27,802 nucleotides of DNA from Armatimonadia bacterium (lineage in GTDB: Bacteria; Armatimonadota; Zipacnadia; Zipacnadales; UBA11051). The DNA lies in the NCBI GenBank assembly GCA_039683575.1, contig JBDKRC010000188.1:1-27802 (forward strand), in the 5' to 3' direction. The notes under the pieces are model-generated. The model ran no database searches. It saw only the letters and a program-made list of their open reading frames with translations, and was not told the DNA's origin. Below, one piece after another: positions 7,602 through 17,600 of the stretch. Each line of letters opens with the position of its first letter. Position 1 is the first letter of the stretch. Made by a program: the position numbers and the translations under genes.

Positions 7602-10600
7602 ATGAGGAGTGCTTCGCATCTGGGGCTAAGAGGTCGGGTCGCGCTGCTCATCGGCCTGTCCATTGCGCCGGCGATCTGCATCCTGCTCTACACCGGCCTG
7701 CAGGAGAGGCGGCTGGCGGGCATTGAGGCACTGGCGGAAGCGCAACGTATTGCCCACCTGACTGCCAGCAGCCAGGAGGGCCTCCTGGTGTCCGCGCCCA
7801 GGATCCTGGGCGTGCTGGCACATGTGCCCCAAGTCCGTGATGGTAACCGGGAAACCTGCACCAAGTTCCTCGCCGCGGTGCGAAGCGAATACCCCATCTT
7901 CCTCAACATCGGGCGCGTTGAACTCAATGGAGACGTCAACTCGAGCGCTCTGCCCACGCGGGGTGTCGTCCACTTGGGCGACCGTTCGTGGTTCCGACGG
8001 GCCATACAGACAGGCCGCCCATCTGTCGGGGAGTTCCAGATCGGTCGGATCACTGGCAAGCCCTCGATCAACTTCGGATACCCCGTTCTCGACGCCAGGC
8101 GCCGCACCAAGTGGGTGCTCTTCGCGGCCCTGGACCTGGCCGGGATAGAACGGGTGGCTGCCAAAACAGAGTTGCCTGAGGGCGCAACAGTGACGGTCAC
8201 CGACCGCAAAGGCACCATCCTGGTGCAGTATCCGCACGAAGAGCGATGGGTTGGCCAGCCAACGCCAGAACTGCAAGCCGCCAAGTCGAGGTCAGGTCAC
8301 GCGGCAGAAGGCACCTTCCGAGCAAAAGGGCCGGATGGCGTACCGCGTCTGTATGCCTATGCTACGGTGGGTGGACCAACTTCCGGTGCGCAACTGACCG
8401 TGGGCATCCCGGAAGACACCGCCTTCGCCCAAGTCGATCGTCTCCTGGTCCGCAACCTTACTTTGCTGTCTGTGATGGGCCTGCTGGCCATCAGTCTGGC
8501 GTTCTTCGGAGTGGACCTGCTCATCCTCCGCTCGCTTAGGCTTCTCATCGCGGCCACGCAGCGACTGACTACCGGCGACCTGAGCGTCCGCACGGGCCTC
8601 ACCGGCGCACAGTGGGAACTGGGGCAACTGGCCTACGCCTTTGACCAGATGGCGGAGGCCCTGCAACGGCGCGCGCAGGAGCACGAGGCATCCGGGAAGC
8701 GTGATGCTCTGCTCTTGGAGCTCTACGAGAAGGCTTCCCATCTGGCCGACCAGGAGCTGTATATCTATGCACTGGACCAGGCCGTCGCCCTGACTGACAG
8801 CACTGTTGGCTTCTTTCACCAGGTCTCCGAGGATCAGCAGAAAATCATTCTGACCACGTGGAACCTTGAGGCGCTCAAGACGTGTACGGCCTCCCCCACC
8901 GCTCATTACCCCGTTGAGTCGGCCGGCAACTGGGCTGATTGTGTCCGCCTCAGGGCCCCTGTTGTCTACAACGACTATCCGAACTCCCCCAATAGAAAGG
9001 GGCTGCCCCCGGGCCACTCGCCGGTCAAACGGTTCATGAGCATTCCGGTCATGGACGATGACAAGGTCCGATACATCTTCGGCGTCGGTAACAAGGTTGC
9101 CGAGTATGACGACAATGATGTCGTCCAACTCCAATTGGTCGCCAATGAACTGCACAAGATAATCGAGCAGCGCCAGGCCGCCGAGGCGCTGCGGGAAAGC
9201 GAGACCAAGTTCCGCTTTCTCTTCGACACGATGGCCCAGGGCGTTCTGCTGGAGGACACCGAAAGCCGGGTCATCGAAGCGAACCAGGCCGCGTGCGTGA
9301 TTCTTGGACGACCCATGGACCAGTTGCTTGGAACGATAATCGCTGACCCAGTGTGGGAGCTGACCCACGAAGACGGCTCACCGCTCGGCGTTGATGAGAT
9401 GCCCTCGCGCATCGCTCTGCGGACCGGCCTACCCGTTTCGGGCGTCACCATCGGGATTCGCTTGCCCGAGACCAAGGCCCACCGCTGGCTGCTGGCCAGC
9501 ACCGTCCCGAGGTTCAAGACGGGTGACGACAAGCCCTATGTCACCATGACCACCTTCACCGACATCACCGAACGCAAGCGAACCGAGGAGGAGCTCAGCC
9601 GTCTGAGTACGCTGCTCGATCAGACTCAGTCCCTGGCGGGGGTTGGTGGGTGGGAGATAGACGTACAGCGCAACACCCTCTATTGGACGAGCCAGACATA
9701 CCGCACTCACGACCTTACGCCTTCCGAGTACACCCCGACGGTCGAATCAGCGCGGGCCTTCTACGCCCCAGAGTCGCGGCCGGTCATCACCGCCGCGGTC
9801 AGGGAAGCCGTGGAACATGGCACCGATTTCGACCTGGAGTTGAACCTGATCACCGCCAAAGGCCGCCCGATCACGTCTCACCTCATCAGCAAGGCGATTA
9901 TCGAGAATGGGAAGACCGTGAGAGTAGTCGGAGCCGGTGTTGACATCACTGAACGCAAACAGGCGGAGCAGGCGCTGCGGGACAGCGAGGAGCGGTTCCG
10001 GACTGTCTTCGAGACCGCCAACGATGCGATACTCCTGATGGATGGCGAAACGATCATTGACTGCAATGGGCGAGCTGTGGAGATGTTTGGTCTGAACGAG
10101 AAGGCCGAGGTGATCGGCCATACACCTGCCGACTTCTCCCCAGCCAGCCAGCCGGATGGTCAGGACTCGCAAGCAATGGTGCGTGCCTACCACGATGCGG
10201 CTCGTAGCGGAACCCCGCAGAGGATATATTGGCGGCTTGAACGCCGTGATGGGACGCCGATTGACGTTGAGGTCTCTCTCAGCTCCCTCGACCTGAAGAA
10301 GAAGACCTTCGTTCAGGCCATAGTGAGAGACATCACTGAACACAAGCAGGCAGAGCAGGCGCTGAGAGACAGCGAAGAGCGGTTCCGCACGGTATTCGAG
10401 TCCGCCTATGACGCAATACTCCTGATGGATGGCGACACGTTCATAGACTGCAATGCGCAGGCAGTGGAGATGTATGGATGTACTGACAAGAACGATCTGA
10501 TCGCCCACACTCCGCTGGACTTCTCCCCTGCCAGCCAACCAGATGGCCAGGAGTCCCGGCCAGCGGCAATGGAGCACATCAATACTGCGCTGGGCGGAAC

Positions 10601-11918
10601 GCCACAAAGGTTCTACTGGAAACATCTGCGCGAGGACGGCACGCCGTTTGATGCGGAAGTGTCCCTGAATGCCCTGGCTCTGAAGGGGAAGACGTACATT
10701 CAGGCGATCGTGAGAGACGTTACCAAGCGCAAACAGGCCGAGGGAGCATTGCAGGAATCGGAGGAGAGGTTCCGTAGCATCGTTGAGTCCTCGCCGACCG
10801 GGATGCACTTCTATACCCTCCGGCCTGACGGGGACCTGGTGCTCATCGGAAGCAACCCGGCCGCCGACCGTGCTCTGCGGATAGCGCACAGCCCCCTCCT
10901 CGGCCAGACGATTGAGCAGGCGTTTCCCAACATTGTGGGCACAGCAGTGCCCGACCTGTACCGGAAGGTGGCAGCGGGCGAGACAGGACCGCAGGCCTTC
11001 GAGATGCCCTATGGAGATGCCCGGTTCAGCGGATACTACCATGTCACCGTCTTCAGCATAGGCCCCAGCACCATTGCTGCTGACTTCATCGACATCACCA
11101 AACGCAGGCAGGCGGAGGAAGCGCTCCGCCGGGCGCACGATGAGTTGGAGCTGCGCGTGCAGCAACGGACCGCTGAACTGTCTCGCTCCAACGCCGAACT
11201 CGAGCAGTTCGCCTACGTGGCCTCCCACGACCTGCAAGAGCCACTACGCAAGATAATGGCTTTCGGTGACCGCCTCGACATCAATGCCGGACCGAGCCTG
11301 GACGAGCGAAACCGTGATTACCTCCGGCGGATGCTCAACGCTGCGGATCGCATGTCGGGGCTGATCAACGCCCTCCTGGCCTACTCCCGCGTCACCACCA
11401 AGGCGCAGCCTTTCTCCCCCGTCAATCTGTCCGACGTGGTACGCGAAGTGCTATCAGACCTTGAGGTGGCAACTGAGGAGGCCGGAGCGGCGGTCGAGGT
11501 GGGGGAACTGCCCACTATCGACGCGGACGCCTCACAGATGCGGCAATTGCTCCAGAATCTCATCGGCAACGCCCTCAAGTTCCGTCGTGAGGGCGTCCCG
11601 CCGCGAGTGCGGATTGAGGCCGAGACGATCCCGGCCCCGACGGCTGAGGGCGCCCCGGCAGTGAGCAACGTGATGCGCCTGCGCGTCATAGACAACGGTA
11701 TCGGTTTCGATGAGCGGTTCGCGGACCGCATATTCGAGGTATTCGAGCGTCTGCACGGCCGGGATCAGTACGCTGGCAGCGGGATGGGCCTTGCCATCTG
11801 CCGCAAGATTGCAGAGCGTCACCATGGAACGATCACGGCCTCCAGCAGGCCGGGAGAAGGCTCGGTCTTCACCGTTACGCTGCCAGTCGAGCAGCAGCAG
11901 GAGGGTACGACGACATGA
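7602..11918 (+). CDS. Multi-sensor histidine kinase (TM-dCache-TM-HAMP-GAF-5xPAS/PAC-HisKA-HATPase_c)
   Basis: 1438 aa. Cache motif (DRSWFRRA..G...GRITGKP), HAMP (GDLSVR...ELGQLAYAFDQMAE), GAF (GLPPGH..RFMSIPV), repeated DITERK-type PAC ends, H-box ELEQFAYVASHDLQEPLRK, N box NLIGNALKF, DNGIG and GSGMGL. SD AGGAGA. Confidence 0.96.
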   Translation: MRSASHLGLRGRVALLIGLSIAPAICILLYTGLQERRLAGIEALAEAQRIAHLTASSQEGLLVSAPRILGVLAHVPQVRDGNRETCTKFLAAVRSEYPIFLNIGRVELNGDVNSSALPTRGVVHLGDRSWFRRAIQTGRPSVGEFQIGRITGKPSINFGYPVLDARRRTKWVLFAALDLAGIERVAAKTELPEGATVTVTDRKGTILVQYPHEERWVGQPTPELQAAKSRSGHAAEGTFRAKGPDGVPRLYAYATVGGPTSGAQLTVGIPEDTAFAQVDRLLVRNLTLLSVMGLLAISLAFFGVDLLILRSLRLLIAATQRLTTGDLSVRTGLTGAQWELGQLAYAFDQMAEALQRRAQEHEASGKRDALLLELYEKASHLADQELYIYALDQAVALTDSTVGFFHQVSEDQQKIILTTWNLEALKTCTASPTAHYPVESAGNWADCVRLRAPVVYNDYPNSPNRKGLPPGHSPVKRFMSIPVMDDDKVRYIFGVGNKVAEYDDNDVVQLQLVANELHKIIEQRQAAEALRESETKFRFLFDTMAQGVLLEDTESRVIEANQAACVILGRPMDQLLGTIIADPVWELTHEDGSPLGVDEMPSRIALRTGLPVSGVTIGIRLPETKAHRWLLASTVPRFKTGDDKPYVTMTTFTDITERKRTEEELSRLSTLLDQTQSLAGVGGWEIDVQRNTLYWTSQTYRTHDLTPSEYTPTVESARAFYAPESRPVITAAVREAVEHGTDFDLELNLITAKGRPITSHLISKAIIENGKTVRVVGAGVDITERKQAEQALRDSEERFRTVFETANDAILLMDGETIIDCNGRAVEMFGLNEKAEVIGHTPADFSPASQPDGQDSQAMVRAYHDAARSGTPQRIYWRLERRDGTPIDVEVSLSSLDLKKKTFVQAIVRDITEHKQAEQALRDSEERFRTVFESAYDAILLMDGDTFIDCNAQAVEMYGCTDKNDLIAHTPLDFSPASQPDGQESRPAAMEHINTALGGTPQRFYWKHLREDGTPFDAEVSLNALALKGKTYIQAIVRDVTKRKQAEGALQESEERFRSIVESSPTGMHFYTLRPDGDLVLIGSNPAADRALRIAHSPLLGQTIEQAFPNIVGTAVPDLYRKVAAGETGPQAFEMPYGDARFSGYYHVTVFSIGPSTIAADFIDITKRRQAEEALRRAHDELELRVQQRTAELSRSNAELEQFAYVASHDLQEPLRKIMAFGDRLDINAGPSLDERNRDYLRRMLNAADRMSGLINALLAYSRVTTKAQPFSPVNLSDVVREVLSDLEVATEEAGAAVEVGELPTIDADASQMRQLLQNLIGNALKFRREGVPPRVRIEAETIPAPTAEGAPAVSNVMRLRVIDNGIGFDERFADRIFEVFERLHGRDQYAGSGMGLAICRKIAERHHGTITASSRPGEGSVFTVTLPVEQQQEGTTT
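9942..10715 (+). repeat. Tandem intragenic duplication of a PAS-PAC module (2 x 387 nt)
   Basis: GACATCACTGAAC... recurs at 9942 and 10329. The two 129-aa units share QAEQALRDSEERFRTVFE, DAILLMDG, IDCN, DFSPASQPDGQ and QAIVRD. Confidence 0.9.
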
Positions 11919-12442
11919 GCGTCGACAGCCGGCAGCCAATCACCTTGCTGATCGCCGATGACGATCTGGAAGACTGCATGATGATGCGCGAAGCCCTCGA
12001 AGAGAGCCATCTTGCCAATGACCTGCGTTTTGTCCACGATGGCGAGGAGCTGATGGCCTATCTTCGGCGTGAAGGCAAATACAGCACACCGGGCGAGGCG
12101 CCGCGCCCCGGGCTGATTCTGCTTGATCTCAACATGCCTCGCAAGGACGGCCGCGAGGCCCTCGGTGAGATCAAGGCCGATCCGCAACTGCACGCAATTC
12201 CGGTGGTAGTGCTGACGACATCGCGTGCCGAAGAGGACGTGTATCGCTCGTATGAGTTAGGCGTCAACTCATACATCAGCAAACCCGTGACTTTCGCCTC
12301 CTTCATGGACATGGTGCATACGTTGGGCAAGTACTGGCTGGAAATCGTCGAATTGCCGCCGGCAAAGCGGGAGGTAGTGCAGTCCGCGCGAGCAGCGGGC
12401 GCGGAGCTGCCCCAGGGGCGAGGCGAGGGCCATGGGCAATGA
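11915..12442 (+). CDS. Single-domain response regulator, Rcp1-type receiver
   Basis: LLIADDD, LILLDLNMPRKDG, VVLTTS, YELGVNSYISKP, YWLEIVELP. ATGA overlap with the kinase stop. Confidence 0.93.
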   Translation: MSVDSRQPITLLIADDDLEDCMMMREALEESHLANDLRFVHDGEELMAYLRREGKYSTPGEAPRPGLILLDLNMPRKDGREALGEIKADPQLHAIPVVVLTTSRAEEDVYRSYELGVNSYISKPVTFASFMDMVHTLGKYWLEIVELPPAKREVVQSARAAGAELPQGRGEGHGQ

Positions 12443-13958
12443 CACGATCCGAGTGCTGTTGGTCGAGGATGACCCCGATGACGTGCTTCTGCTGCGCGAG
12501 ATGCTCGACGAGGCCAGTTCAGTACGGTTCGCTCTGACCCACGTCGCGCTGCTGGAGCAGGGCATCTCGACAGCCGCCTCACAACAATTCAACGTTTCGC
12601 TGCTCGATCTCTCGCTGCCCGACAGCCGCGGGCTGGAGACTTTCACCCGATTCCATGAGCGACTGCCGGAGATGCCGGTGGTGGTGCTGACTGGACTGGA
12701 TGATGAAACGGTAGCGGTGGGCGCGGTTCATGGTGGGGCCCAGGATTATCTCATCAAGGGTAAGGTCGACAGCACCCTCCTGGTCCGTTCCATTCGCTAC
12801 GCAATCGAGCGCCAACGCGCCAGCTACTACCGCGCCCTGCTCAACCAACGAGAGTTGTTCGACACCGCCGTATCGCAGATGAGTGATGGCATCGTGGTGA
12901 CCGATGGCAGCTGGAACATCACCCTTGCCAACCGTGCCGCCTGTCTGTTGCTCGACCTGCCGCCGAACCGATGGCAGGGGCTGTCGCTGCAAGACATCCT
13001 GGACAAGTTCGAGCTCACCACCCCACTTTCGGAGCTTATGGCGTCCGCCGAGCCCGTATCAGCCTTTGACATCTCACGCACCGCCCCTCCGCCCCCCCTC
13101 CTGCTGGATGCCCGCCTGTCCCGCATCTTCGACCCGGATGGGGCGGCCCTTAGCACTGTTATCATGCTGCGTGACGTCACCGGTGAGCGGCTGTCGCGCC
13201 ACGTACAGGCCGTCTTCATGACCGCCGTGCCTCATAAGCTCCGCACGCCACTGAGTGTGATGCTGGGGTACCTCACCATGGCCAAGCGCGTTTCACCGCA
13301 GACACTGCCCCAGCTTTGGCCTGAGATGGCGCGTGTCTGGGAGAAGGAACTACGCCAGCTTATCGCGATCGTGGAGAGATTCCTGGATTTCGAGGCCCTG
13401 ACGTTGCCGCAACTGGAGGCTGCCCCCCAGCCGACAGACGTGAGGAGCGTCGCGGACACCGCCAGCGCCGGCGTGCGCGACCGCTATCGTGACAAGCAGA
13501 TCGACCTTAGCCTGGACGTGGCTCCCGATGCTGCCTACGTCGACTGCCGAGAGGATCACCTGGCCTTCGTCCTTGGGGAACTGCTGACCAACGCGGTTAA
13601 GTTCGCTGACAAAACGCCCGTGAAGCTGCGCCTCGAGGTCCGCCGTGAAAGCCCCGCACGGCTAGACTTCCGCGTCTCAGACAACGGCCCTGGCATACAA
13701 AATGTATACTACGACCGCATATTCGTGGACTTCTTCCAGGTGGAGGATTACGTGACTGGCCAGGTTCCGGGTTGGGGGGTGGGGTTGCGGATGGTGCGTG
13801 AGATTGTGCAGGCCTATGGCGGCAACATCACGGTGACGTCAAAACTGGGCGAAGGGAGCGTCTTTTCCTTCACGTTGCCGTCAGGAGCTCTGGCCGAGAA
13901 CGTCGACCGTCATGGGAGCGTCACCGTGGCAGAGACAGAACCTGCACCTGCCCTTTGA
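12432..13958 (+). CDS. Hybrid histidine kinase (REC-PAS-HisKA-HATPase_c) with atypical H-box
   Basis: N-terminal REC (VLLVEDD, LLDLSLPDS, GAQDYLIK), PAS (MSDGIVVTD...NRAA), H-box PHKLRTPL, ELLTNAVKF, DNGPGI and GWGVGL. Confidence 0.92.
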   Translation: MGNDTIRVLLVEDDPDDVLLLREMLDEASSVRFALTHVALLEQGISTAASQQFNVSLLDLSLPDSRGLETFTRFHERLPEMPVVVLTGLDDETVAVGAVHGGAQDYLIKGKVDSTLLVRSIRYAIERQRASYYRALLNQRELFDTAVSQMSDGIVVTDGSWNITLANRAACLLLDLPPNRWQGLSLQDILDKFELTTPLSELMASAEPVSAFDISRTAPPPPLLLDARLSRIFDPDGAALSTVIMLRDVTGERLSRHVQAVFMTAVPHKLRTPLSVMLGYLTMAKRVSPQTLPQLWPEMARVWEKELRQLIAIVERFLDFEALTLPQLEAAPQPTDVRSVADTASAGVRDRYRDKQIDLSLDVAPDAAYVDCREDHLAFVLGELLTNAVKFADKTPVKLRLEVRRESPARLDFRVSDNGPGIQNVYYDRIFVDFFQVEDYVTGQVPGWGVGLRMVREIVQAYGGNITVTSKLGEGSVFSFTLPSGALAENVDRHGSVTVAETEPAPAL

Positions 13959-14067
13959 TGAGCGCCTGGCCCTGCAACGCAACTGCGGCAGCGCGTCTCA
14001 GGGCCTCTAGCGGCCCCAAACCTGGATGGCAGGCTACAATCGAGGCCGACACAGGGAAAGTGGACCG

Positions 14068-14451
14068 ATGCCAATCAGGATACTGGTGGTAGACGATCAT
14101 CAGATGGTAAGAGAGGGGTTGCGGCTCCTGCTGGCAACTGAGCCCGATCTGCAACTGGTCGGCGAAGCCGTTGACGGCCAACGAGCAGTTGCCATGGCCG
14201 ACGAGCTGCTGCCAGAAGTCGTGATCATGGATATCGGCCTGCCGGTCATGGACGGCATTGAGGCTACCCGCAGAATCAGGGAAGCCCATCCTGAAATGGC
14301 CGTGGTCGCTCTATCGGCTCACTCCGACACCTACTTCATCGAAGAGATGAAAAGACTCCGAGCTTGTGGCTATGTGCTCAAGGACATGGCCTTTGACCAA
14401 CTGATCGACGCCATCCGCAAGTGCTCCATCGGAGAGACTTACTTCCCGTGA
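14068..14451 (+). CDS. NarL/FixJ-type receiver domain protein lacking the LuxR HTH
   Basis: IRILVVDDHQMVREGL, MDIGLPVMDG, LSAH, GYVLK; ends GETYFP*. 127 aa from the ATG at 14068. TACAAT at 14035-14040 may be its -10 element. Confidence 0.88.
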   Translation: MPIRILVVDDHQMVREGLRLLLATEPDLQLVGEAVDGQRAVAMADELLPEVVIMDIGLPVMDGIEATRRIREAHPEMAVVALSAHSDTYFIEEMKRLRACGYVLKDMAFDQLIDAIRKCSIGETYFP

Positions 14452-14622
14452 GGGCTGGCAGCCATTCGCTGGCCCGCTTCAGCCTGCGGCCACCTAGGTT
14501 CGCTGGCCGTCTCGTCGAGAAGCTGGGTCCTGGACCTGCTCTGCCACAGCCACAGGCCCTCGTCGTCTATAACCGGTCACCCCGACCCGTAGCGGAACGC
14601 ACTGGGTACTCCCAGACCATTC

Positions 14623-17600
14623 TCATTCCTCAATGATCTCCAGACCGCAGAGAACCGTCCGGGGCACCCTTGCGCCTGGGGCGGCGCTAAGGGCCAGTTC
14701 CAGAGTCTCAGACGCCCTCACCCCGTGGGCTTCCTTGACCAGCGACCGCGCGCTGCCACCGGCCTCTGCAGCCACGTCCAGGCGGGTGCAGACCGGCTGG
14801 CCCTGCACGGAAACGTCGAACACACGCTCACCCGCAGCGGCGCCCTCAGGCTCCACGAAGTACAGGCGCACGGTGAAGGAGCGCATGGGCGAACCTGCCG
14901 AGCCCACTCGCACAACGATCTTCTCGACCCCGAGCAGACCTGAAGCCGCCACCCACGGCAACTCCCCGGCTTTGACCCAGGAGGCGTGGTGCCGGAACTG
15001 CGTCGGCGTTCCCGGGGTGCATGACACTTCCACCTTGGGCGACGGGCCGCCCACGCTGGGCCAGTCGAGCCAGAGCGTGCCGCCAGGGCCAAGCCTGTCC
15101 CCCGGAGCCCCGAAGTTCAGCCCGACCCGCTTGATCGGTGCGTCGCCAAGCTCCATCAGGTTGAAGGCCCACGCCTCAACGGAAGGGTCGTGTACGAAGG
15201 CGAGGGAGGTCTGGTTCTGGTAGCTGCAGGTGCACGTGCGAGTATAGTCGGGCGCATTGAGCACGCCGTTAGCGACTATGAGGTTGGAGGTGCAGCCCGA
15301 CTTGAACCCGCCCAGGTTGCCCGTACCTCCGTCGCTACGCAGATCGAAGTAGCCTGCCGCCGCTGACCGGAAGGTGATCAAGTTGGCACTGGCGATGACG
15401 GTATTGCAGCCGTAGTTGCGCGCGTACAGCCAGGGAGCCTGCTCGCCCGTGATCGGGTTGGTGCGCTGGAGCGCCTTTCCGGTCAACAGAGACAGGGCGC
15501 GGCCGGGCGCAGCCAGTGAGATCGTCTGGGTGATGATGGTGTCGCCCAGGATGATCGGCGGGCCGGCGTACTTCTCATTCATCTCCCACAGCTTTTCCCC
15601 CGTAGCGCCGCGGTAGGCGATAAGGCGGTCAGCCGGTTCATCACTGAGTATGTCCCGCGAGGCCCGGCCCGCTTGCAGCAATATGTCACGCTCTGCCGAG
15701 TACCCCAGCCACGTGCCGAACACCTCGGCGTCCGCCCTCCAGGCCAGGCGGCCAGTCTGCAGGTCCAGGGCCAGCAGCGACGGGGTCGACGTGGGCTCCT
15801 CGCCGCGCCGCTGCATTGCCTGCACAATCGGGTCTGGGAGCCGGTCGATGCAGAAGAGCTTGTCCCGGCTCAGGCAGATCGCATTGTGGCGGAAGCCGCA
15901 CTTGGCCTCAACCTGCCAACGCGGCTTGCCCGACTGCCGGTCGAGGACCACGATCCGACGGCTGGAGGTGGCGTCCCAGTTGTCACTGTCCCCGGGCTTG
16001 CCCTTCCCGCCGAAGAACAGGGGCGAGGCGCCCGCCACGATGGTATCGCCCTGCACGGCGATAAACCCCCATCCGGTGAGCTTGTCACTGTCAGCCGCTT
16101 CGCTCGGAAGCACGATCTCCCCTTTGCGAACGCCGGTGACCGGGTCCAGCTTCAGGCAACGGTTCTGATAGACGACGTAGATGGCCTCAGGAGTGGCAAC
16201 GAAGTTCGTGCCCAGGGCGTTGGCCCCCGGCTGGTGATAGGTGCGGTCGTAATACTCGCCAATCTCGGGCAGCGCGACCTTCCACAACTCGCGGCCAGTG
16301 TAGACGTCGTTGGCCCGCAAGCCGTCGGGGCCCTCGATGAACAGCCGTCCGTCCACTATCTGCTCCGGGGGACCGTGGCCGTGGCGCGGCAGGACGTCGA
16401 GGTTGCTTGGCCCGCCGAACCACAGCAGTCCCAGCGGGGCTTTCACCAGGCTGTCGCGAGAGGAGACGGTGTTCGCGGGGCTGCCGTACTGGTGGGTCCA
16501 GTTGTCGCTGCCGCGCAGGGCGCCAGGTCGCCGCAGCACGGCCAGGTCGCCGGACCGCTCGACTTGCCCACCCTCCAGCCCGCTCGCACGGACCAGGTTC
16601 TCGAAAGCCTTGTGCTTAGCGGCCTCGAGTTCGAGGGCCATCACACCCCCGTAGGGCCTTACCGACGCAAACAGGGAGCGCAGCAGCTCCGGCTTGGCTG
16701 TGAGGCCGGCCACTGACCGCCCAGGCACCACGATCAGGTTGGCGAAGTAGGGGGGCAGACGCAGAGACGTGAGGTCGCCGGCGAGCACGGCCGCACGCGG
16801 TCCGTAAAGCCCGGTCTCCCAAAGCGCATCGCGCAGCGCTGTAGCCCTGGTCTCATCAGGAGTAACCGCCACAACCCGCAAGCTGGTACTCCCGGCCAGG
16901 TTGGCAATGAGCCCCGCATCATCCGCGCCCACGATCAGGCAGTAGCCCTCAGTCACACCGGCGGCCTTGACGATCTTCCGGGCCAGCGCCTGCCCGCTCA
17001 TCCCGGAGAGAGCCTCGGGGCCACGTCGCATGTTGACGGTCCGCGTCTGGGCGGGGCCCTCGCCGAAGCAGTGAACCTCGCCCTCGAGGGTGGAGACAAA
17101 GAGGCGCCCATCGGCCGCGATCACCGACTCGATGGTCCCCGGTACCTCCGCCTGCCAGACGGTCCTGGAGGCGTTCGCTCCGTCGCCGGTGGCGATCAGC
17201 AGGATGCGACCGCCCGCCGAGGCTACCAGCTTGCCCGCCGCGCTCAGCCATACGCGCTCGGCCTGAATGCCCGTGGCTGCGCTGACGGGCACTAACAGAT
17301 TGGTGTGCTTGCCCCCCTTGCTGTCTTCCCACTTCTCCATTGTGGCCTGGGGCATGCTGCGCACGACGACTTCGCCCTTCTCGATGCCGCAGAGGATATC
17401 ATCCGTGACCACGGAGGCGTTGCCATCCGGGCTGATCCGCAGACTTGGGTCGGCGACGAATGGGGTAAAGGGGTTCGGGTTGGGGCGGGAGGAGATTCCG
17501 CCCAGTAAGTCGCCGGTGGTGAGTTGGTAGAGGTTGCCACAGTTGAAGAAGCCGGCGTTGTTGGCTGCTACCTTGTAGTCCCCGCTCCAGTGGTTCTCAG

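Noticed and set aside
8292-11237. Long antisense ORFs (358 aa, 496 aa) within the kinase, and similar ones elsewhere
   Set aside because: Typical high-GC shadow frames opposite well-supported genes.
7602-11918. Phytochrome assignment for the large kinase
   Set aside because: The kinase core and Rcp1 neighbour are Cph1-like, but there is no PAS-GAF-PHY photosensory module or DIP motif.
14449-14622. TGA read-through/selenocysteine or frameshift restoring a LuxR HTH; also TTCGCTGGCC repeated at 14465 and 14499
   Set aside because: Downstream frames give no HTH-like sequence in the correct order. The GCAGGC-N11-AGCGAA near-match has the wrong spacer and points antisense.
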